This document shows positions 1 through 7,689 of a stretch of 11,993 nt of DNA, piece by piece; within the stretch, counting starts at the first letter, position 1; every line of letters starts with the position of its first letter. The position numbers were made by a program, and so were the translations under genes. The notes beneath the pieces were generated by a model. The model searched no databases. It saw only the letters and a program-made list of their open reading frames with translations, and was not told where the DNA came from. The stretch comes from an uncultured archaeon (lineage in GTDB: Archaea; Asgardarchaeota; Lokiarchaeia; Sigyniarchaeales; SOKP01): the NCBI GenBank assembly GCA_964525635.1, contig CAZGJX010000099.1:3100-15092 (forward strand), read 5' to 3'.

Positions 1-2
1 TG

Positions 3-930
3 TCGGATAATGTTGATATTGATAGTATCTGGTATAATTGGAATGGTACGAATATGACTTATACCTCGGCACAATATATTACATTTAATGAAGGTTTGAA
101 CACTATATACACATGGGCTAATGATTCTGCAGGAAATATAGGAACATCTTCAGTTACCTTTACAATTGATATCAATACTCCAATAGTACAAATTAAGAGT
201 CCCATGAACACCACATATAATATTGCAACGCAGCTTCTAAATATTTCAGTATCTGATAACAATGAAATTGATTCCATCTGGTACAATTGGGATGGTTCGA
301 ATATAACTTACACTTCGGCACAATATATTACATTTAATGAAGGTTTGAACACTATATATACATGGGCTAATGATTCAGTGGGAAATATAGGAATGTCTTC
401 AGTTACCTTTACAATAGATACAATTACTCCAATAGTACAAATTGAATGTCCCATGAATACCACTTATAATATAGCTACACAATTATTAAACATTACAGTG
501 TCGGATAATGTTGATATTGATAGTATCTGGTATAATTGGAATGGTACGAATATAACTTATACTTCGGCACAATACATAACATTTAATGAAGGTTTGAACA
601 CTATATATACATGGGCTAATGATTCTGCGGGGAATATAGGAATGTCTTCAGTTACCTTTACAATTGATACAATTATTCCAATAGTACAAATTGAGAGTCC
701 TATTAATATAACTTATCCTTATTATGAAACCACGCAGCTTCTAAATATTTCAGTGTCTGATAATAATGAAATTGATTCCATTTGGTACAATTGGAATGGT
801 ACGAATATAACTTATACTTCGGCACAATATATAACATTTAATGAAGGTTTGAACACTATATATACATGGGCAAATGATTCTGCGGGGAATATAGGAATGT
901 CTTCAGTTACCTTTACAATCGATATAATAA
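3..930 (+). repeat. Coding tandem repeat, ~249-bp (83-aa) Ig-like units, ~4 copies, first partial
   Basis: Equivalent Ser codons at 3, 252, 501 and 756 (periods 249, 249, 255) with near-identical DNA between units. Confidence 0.9.
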
Positions 931-2870
931 ATCCCAATTACACATTTATTTCTATATGGGATACTACCATAACTAGTTCAGGTTCTAGCCTCATTAATCA
1001 AATTAGATTACCATTGGAATCAAATGGTAATTATAATTTCACAATTAATTGGGGAGATGGAAATTATAACACAATTACAAGTTGGAACCAACCAGAAGTA
1101 ATTCATACATATACTTCAGAAAATATTTACACTATTAGAATAGATGGTGTATTGATTGGGTGGAGATTTAATAATGGGGGAGACAGATTAAAGTTGCTTG
1201 AAATTCAACAATGGGGTAGCTTTAAATTAGGAAATTCAGGAAGTTATTTTTGGGGATGTTCGAATTTAAATCTTACTGCTTCTGATACTTTGGATCTAAC
1301 CGGAACTACTTCACTTTATGAAGCTTTTAGAGTTTGCAGTAATCTTGGTAGTAATGGAAATATGAGTAGTTGGGACGTTTCCAGCGTTACTGATATGTCC
1401 TATATGTTCTATAGTGCTTCTGCTTTTAACCAAGATATAGATAATTGGGATACCTCAAGCGTTACTGATATGTCCTATATGTTCTATGGTGCTTCTGCTT
1501 TTAACCAAGATATAGGTAATTGGGATACTTCAAGTGTTACAACTATGTATGCTATGTTCTCTTCTGCCACTTCATTTAACCAAGATATTGGCAGTTGGGA
1601 TGTTTCCAGCGTTATAAACATGGGTAGTATGTTCAATTATGCTCCTTCCTTCAATCAAGATATAGGTAATTGGAGTGTTTCCAGCGTTACAACAATGGTT
1701 AGTATGTTACGTTACGCTTCTTCCTTCAATCAAAATATTGGCAGTTGGGACGTTTCCAGCGTTACTGATATGTCCTATATGTTCGAACAGGCTTCTTCCT
1801 TCAATCAAGATATAGGTAATTGGAGTGTTTCCAGCGTTACAAACATGGATAGTATGTTATGTTACGCTTCTTCCTTCAATCAAGATATAGGCAACTGGTC
1901 TACCTCAAGTGTTATAAGTATGAGATATATGCTCTCTTATGCCACTTTATTCAACCAAAATATAGGTAGTTGGGACGTTTCCAGTGTCACAAACATGGAA
2001 AGTATGTTCCATTCGGCTACTTCATTCAACCAAGATATAGGCAGTTGGAATGTTTCCAACGTTATAAATATGGGATATATGTTTTATGCTGCTACTTCGT
2101 TTAACCAAGATATTGGCAGTTGGGATGTTTCCAGCGTTATATACATGGGTGGTATGTTCTATCAAGCAACTTCTTTCAATCAAAGCATTGGCAATTGGGA
2201 CGTTTCCAGCGTTACAGGCATGGCTAGTATGTTTAATTTTGCTACTTCCTTCAACCAAGATATTGGCAGTTGGGACGTTTCCAGCGCTACAAACATGGAT
2301 AGTATGTTCTATTATGCCACTTCATTCAATCAAGATATAGGTAATTGGAGTGTTTCCAGCGTTACAACCATGGGTAGTATGTTTTCTTATGCCACTTTAT
2401 TCAACCAAGATATAGGCAATTGGGACGTTTCCAGCGTTACTAATATGTATGCTATGTTCTCTAGGGCTACTTCATTTAACCAAGATATCGGCAATTGGGA
2501 TGTTTCCAGCGTTACAGACATGGCTTATATGTTCCAACAGGCTTATTCTTTCAACCAAGATATAGGTAATTGGAGTGTTTCTAGCGTTACAACCATGGGT
2601 TGCATGTTCCGTGATGCTTCTTCCTTCGACCAAGATATTGGCAGTTGGAATGTTTCCAGCGTTACAACCATGATAGTTATGTTTGATGGGATTTCATTAT
2701 CAACACCAAATTATGAGAGTCTGTTAATAGGATGGTCGAATCTTCCTCTGCAAACTGGTGTGATCTTTCATGGAGGAAATTCAAGATATAGCTCAGCTGA
2801 AGCTGAAGCTGCAAGAGATTTTATCATAAATAATTTTAGTTGGACAATTTATGATGGTGGAAAAGTATAA
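3..2870 (+). CDS. Large repetitive surface protein (Ig-like repeats + PKD-like domain + BspA/DUF285 leucine-rich-type repeats), 5'-partial
   Basis: The frame is open from base 3 (SDNVDIDSIWYNWNGTN...), so the ATG at 54 is internal and the true start lies upstream of the window. Contains 83-aa repeats (..WANDSAGNIG..), a PKD-like segment (FTINWGDG..HTY), 25-aa WDVSSVTxMxxMFxxAxSFNQDIGx repeats and the typical W-x-I-x-DGG C-cap. Many N-x-S/T sequons; no C-terminal TM anchor. Confidence 0.9.
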   Translation, partial: SDNVDIDSIWYNWNGTNMTYTSAQYITFNEGLNTIYTWANDSAGNIGTSSVTFTIDINTPIVQIKSPMNTTYNIATQLLNISVSDNNEIDSIWYNWDGSNITYTSAQYITFNEGLNTIYTWANDSVGNIGMSSVTFTIDTITPIVQIECPMNTTYNIATQLLNITVSDNVDIDSIWYNWNGTNITYTSAQYITFNEGLNTIYTWANDSAGNIGMSSVTFTIDTIIPIVQIESPINITYPYYETTQLLNISVSDNNEIDSIWYNWNGTNITYTSAQYITFNEGLNTIYTWANDSAGNIGMSSVTFTIDIINPNYTFISIWDTTITSSGSSLINQIRLPLESNGNYNFTINWGDGNYNTITSWNQPEVIHTYTSENIYTIRIDGVLIGWRFNNGGDRLKLLEIQQWGSFKLGNSGSYFWGCSNLNLTASDTLDLTGTTSLYEAFRVCSNLGSNGNMSSWDVSSVTDMSYMFYSASAFNQDIDNWDTSSVTDMSYMFYGASAFNQDIGNWDTSSVTTMYAMFSSATSFNQDIGSWDVSSVINMGSMFNYAPSFNQDIGNWSVSSVTTMVSMLRYASSFNQNIGSWDVSSVTDMSYMFEQASSFNQDIGNWSVSSVTNMDSMLCYASSFNQDIGNWSTSSVISMRYMLSYATLFNQNIGSWDVSSVTNMESMFHSATSFNQDIGSWNVSNVINMGYMFYAATSFNQDIGSWDVSSVIYMGGMFYQATSFNQSIGNWDVSSVTGMASMFNFATSFNQDIGSWDVSSATNMDSMFYYATSFNQDIGNWSVSSVTTMGSMFSYATLFNQDIGNWDVSSVTNMYAMFSRATSFNQDIGNWDVSSVTDMAYMFQQAYSFNQDIGNWSVSSVTTMGCMFRDASSFDQDIGSWNVSSVTTMIVMFDGISLSTPNYESLLIGWSNLPLQTGVIFHGGNSRYSSAEAEAARDFIINNFSWTIYDGGKV
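1371..2690 (+). repeat. Coding tandem repeat, 75-bp (25-aa) DUF285/BspA-type units, 17 complete + 1 partial
   Basis: A Trp codon recurs every 75 bp from 1371 to 2646 with no indels. Confidence 0.95.
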
Positions 2871-2885
2871 ATTTTACTTATAAAA

Positions 2886-2910
2886 TTTTTTTTTTATAAA
2901 TTACTTTTTT
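2886..2910 (+). terminator. Putative archaeal oligo-T terminator
   Basis: T10 run at 2886-2895 plus a further T-run just after the stop at 2870. The background is AT-rich, so specificity is limited. Confidence 0.5.
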
Positions 2911-3551
2911 AAAAACTCTCTCTCTGTTTATAGTTTATATTAAATGTACAATACTACTTTCATTTGGTTTATAGATTTATTAATTATTAAATCTTACCAT
3001 TTTTTTTCAATTTTTTTTCTTTACCTTTTATTATATAGGAAATTCCATAATCTAATAGAATTTGCATTATAAATCAGGATAATTCTTGGAAATACATTTT
3101 CCCTTAACATTTTCTAGTTTTAAAAGTATTAGAAACCTTAGAAAAACACTTTTTATTTAGGTATTATGAGTTAATGGTAATTAGATTCAAACGCATTTTT
3201 TTAGAAATTAGCATCTATATTTCTATTAAATTAAAAAAAAACTTTAAGGTCTAATAACATTTAAAATATAAGAATATAAAATGATGGAAACGGAACCAGT
3301 ATTTTTTTTAATATGATTTTTTGTATTATAATTATTTAATCTTTAAATTAAATTAATTAAATTTCAAGAGGATCGTGAAATCATAGGATTCCGAGTCTAA
3401 ATTATTATTTTCCATACAAATCCTATAATGTTGTAGTATAAATTATTAATTAGATTTTATAGTAAATTTTTTGTTTAAGTAAAGAGAACTAAGATTCTTT
3501 TTCTAACATGATAAATTGCTTGATTTCAAATAAAACTATAAGTAAATTATA

Positions 3552-3911
3552 TTAAAATTTATAATTTTCTTCTATTTCTCTAAATATCGCACATAAATCA
3601 GGAAAACATGTCTCAAACTTCTTCCTACCAGATTCTCGAATAACCTTTTTAACAATATTTCTACCTACTTCATTTATTTTTCTCTTAAGTAGTTCTCTAT
3701 ATGACTTATTTTTTTCTGATAATGGTAAATCAATTCTATTGTTCAATTGAAGATTAATAAGATTTATTAGATTTTCTTCTATACAATTATGTATTCTTGA
3801 AATACTGCAGAATAGGTTAAAGTATCTAGGAGTTTTCTTACATCTAAGAAGTAAAGATCCTTCCAAATAAATTTCATTTTCGATATTAATATTTCGCTTT
3901 TTAATATGTAT
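3552..3911 (-). pseudogene. Hypothetical ORF or 5'-truncated gene remnant
   Basis: Only a TTG start (3866). The frame stays open and protein-like for 15 more codons (IHIKKRNINIENEIY) up to a TGA at 3914-3912, with no ATG. No recognisable domain. Confidence 0.4.
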
Positions 3912-3944
3912 TCATTTTGGAAATTTGGAAATTTTATTTAGATC

Positions 3945-4463
3945 TTAATCTCTATGCTGTTCTTTACTTGTTATAAAATTATATAGATGATGTGAATATA
4001 ACACAAAACCTAACATTGAATGGACATAATCTCGAGCAGCATCAACATCATTTTTATCATATTCCTTTTTTGACATTGCATTTTGAAACCGCTCATTCAA
4101 CTCCTTTTCAGCAGTTTTTTTAATAAAATCTACAACATCTTTTGGATTTTCAATCTCAATCGCTTTATCTGCTTTAGGAACCACTGGACCCCAATCTAAT
4201 CCAGCAGGTTTTAAACCAGTAAATCCTTTTCCTTCCCCTTTTCTATGTAAACGAACAACGGTTTCAAGAAAATAAAGATCTGCTATATGTTTTACTTCTT
4301 CTCCTTTTCCTCTTACTTTTATAGTTTTATTAAATGCTTTTGTTACTTCGTCTTCAGCATCTTTAGGAACCCAAGGAAGAATCAATTTTATATTCTTAGA
4401 TTCTAATGCTAATCTAGCAGCACTGACCACAGGTCCATCTAAAGTATCACAATGTGGAGGTAT
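3945..4463 (-). CDS. DUF6448-like protein (PPHCDTLDGPVV N-terminus), cytoplasmic form
   Basis: Recognised motifs HCDTLDGPVV, FLETVVRLHRKGEG..FTGLKPAG and AARDYVHSMLGFVLYSHHLY. Start is uncertain: GTG at 4472 or ATA at 4463. Confidence 0.8.
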   Translation of the reverse strand: MPPHCDTLDGPVVSAARLALESKNIKLILPWVPKDAEDEVTKAFNKTIKVRGKGEEVKHIADLYFLETVVRLHRKGEGKGFTGLKPAGLDWGPVVPKADKAIEIENPKDVVDFIKKTAEKELNERFQNAMSKKEYDKNDVDAARDYVHSMLGFVLYSHHLYNFITSKEQHRD

Positions 4464-4649
4464 AAATTTCACCTTTATTATTTCTATTAATTTTTATTTT
4501 TTGTTTTAATATGATAATGTATTTTTATCACTAATAATTAGTTTTGGTTTTATAGACTATAGACAGTGAATTTATATATATAGAGGATAACTTATAAAAT
4601 AATGATTAGTATGAATAATTAGATTTTAAATAGGGAAATGATTTAAAAA

Positions 4650-5234
4650 ATGCTACCTATAGGTCCACTTATGGTTGAACATCGGTTAATTGAACGTATG
4701 ATTAACATTCTTCGAATTGAACTTAAAAAGATTCAAGAAAAAAATGAAGTAAATCCAATTTTCATAGATAATATAGTAGATTTTATAAAAATTTATGCAG
4801 ATCAAACACATCATGGCAAAGAAGAAGATATTTTATTTCGAGAATTGAAAAAAAAGGATTTAAAGCCTAGCCACAGGAAAATAATGGAAGAACTCATTGA
4901 GGAGCATGTGTTTGGAAGAAAAATTACTGGTGAATTAGTAGAAGCAAAAGAAAAATATACTCAAGGCAAAAAAAATTTATTAACCATTATTATTGAAAAG
5001 ATAAATATTTTAGTAGATTTTTATCCCAAGCATATTGAGAAAGAAGACAAGCATTTTTTTATCCCTGTAATGATATATTTTTCTAAAAAAGAACAAGATC
5101 AAATGTTATTAGAAGGACAAACATTTGACAGAAAGATGATTCATAGAAAATATAATACCTTAGTCATTGAATATGAAAATGAACGAGAACTTTCTAGAGA
5201 TAAACAAGATTCCGATTGGATTAATTATATTTAA
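4650..5234 (+). CDS. Hemerythrin-like HHE cation-binding domain protein
   Basis: Motifs EH(RLI), HHGKEE, EEH and HIEKED in a helical-bundle pattern. Confidence 0.85.
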   Translation: MLPIGPLMVEHRLIERMINILRIELKKIQEKNEVNPIFIDNIVDFIKIYADQTHHGKEEDILFRELKKKDLKPSHRKIMEELIEEHVFGRKITGELVEAKEKYTQGKKNLLTIIIEKINILVDFYPKHIEKEDKHFFIPVMIYFSKKEQDQMLLEGQTFDRKMIHRKYNTLVIEYENERELSRDKQDSDWINYI

Positions 5235-5357
5235 TTGTCTTAATTAAATAAAGAGTAATTCTAATAAATTTAAATTATAGGATACATGAATTCTCTAATC
5301 ATTTTTAAAAATTCTCTTTTCCCTTATTGAATTTAATCAATATATTTAAATATTAAT

Positions 5358-5386
5358 TTTAAATATAGAAAATTAGGTATACCTAA
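5358..5386 (+). promoter_or_regulatory. TATA-like box (TTTAAATA, 5358-5365) followed by a perfect palindrome TTAGGTATACCTAA (5373-5386), putative DtxR-family operator
   Basis: Perfect 14-bp dyad with G/C-containing arms in a very AT-rich intergenic region, about 50 bp upstream of the FTR1 gene. Matches the TTAGG-N4-CCTAA form of DtxR/SirR/MntR-family boxes. Confidence 0.7.
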
Positions 5387-5436
5387 AATATTAATTTTAG
5401 ATCTTAATATTATTAAATAAAAAGGATAATATATTA

Positions 5437-6360
5437 ATGACATATGTAGAGATTATTGTTCCTATATTTCTAGCATTTCGAGAGGGTATTGAAGCAATAC
5501 TAGTTATTATAATTATGTTGCTATATTTAAGAAAAACCAATCAAAAACTTTACTATAGGCATGTATATATTGGAAGTATTTTAGGAATCCTATTTAGTAT
5601 TGTATTTGCCTTCATTTTTAACTCTATTTTAGGAGGATTTACAGGTGTTATGGAAGAATTATTTGAGGGATTTACCTTCATTATATCTGGATTCTTCATC
5701 ATTACTTTAATATTATGGATGAGCAAGGAAGGACCTAAATTGAGGGATAATATCGAACAGAAAATTAAAAAATCTATTCAAAAAGAAAAATCCTTCTCAA
5801 TTATGATATTAACATTTATAATAATTGTTAGAGAAGGAGTGGAATTAGTTCTTATGTTAACAGGAGCTACTTCTGTAGGGACACTCCAATCAATTGATGT
5901 AATATTAGGATCATTATTAGGTATTGGTATAGCATTAGGTACTGGATTGATCCTATTTTATGGCATAAAAACAATAAATTTATCATTATTTTTCCAAATA
6001 ACTAATATTATTCTTGTGTTATTTGCGACAGGATTGATTGTATATGGATTCCATGAATTAATTGAATCAGATTTTATAAATCCTTTAATCGAGGAGGTCT
6101 GGAATTTAAAGGCAATTCTTCCTGAGAATTTTCCTGATGGAAATCCATTAACTCCAGAATGGCTCGAAGTGATTGGATCATTACTAAAAGCATTATTTGG
6201 ATATAATGCCAATCCATCACTGTTAGAGATACTTATTTATCCAATTTTAATTATTATAATAAGTTCAATTTCATTGAAACTATGGAAACGATCAAGTGAA
6301 AATCTCAATGAAAAGAGTATTTATCAATCATCAGGAATGGTAAGATTAGAAACTAAATAA
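5437..6360 (+). CDS. ftr1: FTR1/EfeU-family iron permease
   Basis: Two RExxE motifs (REGIE, REGVE), about 7 hydrophobic helices, G-x-HEL and ..LKALFGY..PS motifs. Confidence 0.9.
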   Translation: MTYVEIIVPIFLAFREGIEAILVIIIMLLYLRKTNQKLYYRHVYIGSILGILFSIVFAFIFNSILGGFTGVMEELFEGFTFIISGFFIITLILWMSKEGPKLRDNIEQKIKKSIQKEKSFSIMILTFIIIVREGVELVLMLTGATSVGTLQSIDVILGSLLGIGIALGTGLILFYGIKTINLSLFFQITNIILVLFATGLIVYGFHELIESDFINPLIEEVWNLKAILPENFPDGNPLTPEWLEVIGSLLKALFGYNANPSLLEILIYPILIIIISSISLKLWKRSSENLNEKSIYQSSGMVRLETK

Positions 6361-6409
6361 TATTAATATTGTATCAATAATCTCTCTTCTAAAATTAAAT
6401 CAATAATAC

Positions 6410-6423
6410 TTTTTTTTATTTTT
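6410..6423 (+). terminator. Putative oligo-T terminator of ftr1
   Basis: T8-A-T5 tract about 50 bp after the stop. Confidence 0.35.
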
Positions 6424-6543
6424 AATAGTAAAATTAATGATTTTATTTTTTTTAATCAATATCTTCTGTATTATTATATTCTTTTGAAAGAATAAAGAAT
6501 ATTCAATATTTATGAAGTATAATCTTAATTAAATGATAAAAAG

Positions 6544-6563
6544 TATATATTAAATGGTATATG
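6544..6563. promoter_or_regulatory. Degenerate copy of the putative copper operator (TATATAT-taaatg-GTATATG)
   Basis: Same 7-6-7 geometry as the sites at 7508 and 9801, 12/14 arm positions matching; upstream of the regulator gene. Confidence 0.4.
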
Positions 6564-6676
6564 TTTAAATATTAATATTTAAAAATATATATTTTAAATA
6601 GAAGATCTTTTATATTTACTTTAGAATGTTATTATTATAAATCTTTTATTATCAAAAAATAAAATGTTGAGTTTTG

Positions 6677-7117
6677 ATGAATGAAAATGAAGATATTAAG
6701 ATTAGAAATTTAACTAAACTATATACATTAGTTTTATTGAAAGCAAATAAAGTGATTTCAGGATATTCAATTTTAAAACGTTTAGACAAAGATCTAGGAA
6801 AAACAAGTAGTCCTACTTATATTTATGATTTTTTAAATGATCTCGAAGCTAAAAGTTATATTGAGAATGTAAAATCATTAAAATCTAACAAATCAAAAGG
6901 TTACTCACTTACCACTTTAGGAAATGATTTTGTAGAAAAAATACTGACGAGATTTGATAATTTAATTGAAGTTGGAATTCAATCAAAACTAAAAATTTGT
7001 GCTAGCTGTGGAGTAAAATTATATATGGATTTTCATACAGAAGAAATAAAAGGAGAGAAAATGAATTTTTGTTGTAAACATTGTGCTAAAGCCTATAAAA
7101 ATATTCAAAAGCCATAA
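6677..7117 (+). CDS. PadR-like winged-helix transcriptional regulator with C-terminal TRASH/YHS-type Cys domain
   Basis: N-terminal LLK..SGYSILKRL....SPTYIYDFLNDLE..SYI....KGYSLT..G is a PadR-type wHTH pattern. C-terminal CASC-x20-CCKHC. ATG at 6677 preferred over TTG at 6674. Confidence 0.8.
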   Translation: MNENEDIKIRNLTKLYTLVLLKANKVISGYSILKRLDKDLGKTSSPTYIYDFLNDLEAKSYIENVKSLKSNKSKGYSLTTLGNDFVEKILTRFDNLIEVGIQSKLKICASCGVKLYMDFHTEEIKGEKMNFCCKHCAKAYKNIQKP

Positions 7118-7174
7118 TTCTTAGAATTATAAGAGATAGAAAGAAATAAATTTTTATAGGGTTGAATTTTTGTA

Positions 7175-7468
7175 TCATTCTTTTTCATTTAATTTATCTT
7201 GATAATAGACTTCTCTATAATTCCCTCTCACTAAGAGATAAACTAATAAACCAATAATATTAAATATCAATACAATAATTAACCAAATTTCAGAATTATG
7301 AATTCGTAATCTAAGTGCATCTTTATGGACATAATATGCCATTACGATACTAATACCAATATAGATAAAAAATCCAAATAACATAAAAATCCACCAAAAT
7401 GGTCCAAAGATATTAAACATCCAATCCATCATATGATCATGATCATAATCAAGAATTATAATTATCAT
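7175..7468 (-). CDS. Small membrane protein, PLDc_N-like hairpin with N-terminal His/Met motif
   Basis: HDHMMDWM followed by hydrophobic helices and a DA..R....W..IVLIFNIIGLLVYLLVR pattern typical of PLDc_N-like proteins. Confidence 0.7.
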   Translation of the reverse strand: MIIIILDYDHDHMMDWMFNIFGPFWWIFMLFGFFIYIGISIVMAYYVHKDALRLRIHNSEIWLIIVLIFNIIGLLVYLLVRGNYREVYYQDKLNEKE

Positions 7469-7506
7469 CCCTTTTCTGTAATTTCATAAAAATGAACATT
7501 TTTTTG

Positions 7507-7541
7507 ATATATACATTAATGTATATATTTAAAGGTATGTA
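7507..7541. promoter_or_regulatory. Perfect 22-bp palindrome ATATATACATTAATGTATATAT (7507-7528) plus an overlapping degenerate copy (7522-7541), putative copper operator
   Basis: Lies in the divergent promoter between the small membrane gene and copB and overlaps a minus-strand TTTAAATA box (7533-7526). Confidence 0.7.
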
Positions 7542-7689
7542 TAATAAAATAAATATTATTTTTTTAAAAAGAATATTATCTATAGTAAGATCATTCTTAA
7601 TACTAATAATCTATTATACAATGATTTTAGTTCATGTATATCTTAAGATTCTATAATTCAAATTATAAATTTTAGAAATAAATGAAATT

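Noticed and set aside
59-2340. Short ORFs 59-286, 2022-2258 and 2086-2340
   Set aside because: Shadow frames of the repetitive surface-protein gene.
1371-2690. 75-bp periodic repeats as a CRISPR array
   Set aside because: In-frame coding repeats with codon-level variation and no unique spacers; no cas genes.
1371-2870. Diversity-generating retroelement target
   Set aside because: No reverse transcriptase or non-coding template repeat in the window, and the differences are not adenine-specific.
2871-3551. Hidden gene or ncRNA in the 680-bp intergenic region
   Set aside because: Only tiny ORFs without motifs and one weak inverted repeat (ATAGGATT..AATCCTAT, ~3383-3426); no GC-rich structured segment.
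3912-3914. In-frame TGA as selenocysteine
   Set aside because: No start codon between the upstream TAA and this TGA, no redox motif context and no SECIS identified.
4512-4530. Fur box
   Set aside because: GATAA-N7-TTATC spacing fits neither the 7-1-7 nor the 19-bp Fur consensus.
6564-6583. Perfect 20-bp palindrome TTTAAATATTAATATTTAAA
   Set aside because: Composed only of A/T in an extremely AT-rich region; cannot be distinguished from chance or back-to-back TATA boxes.
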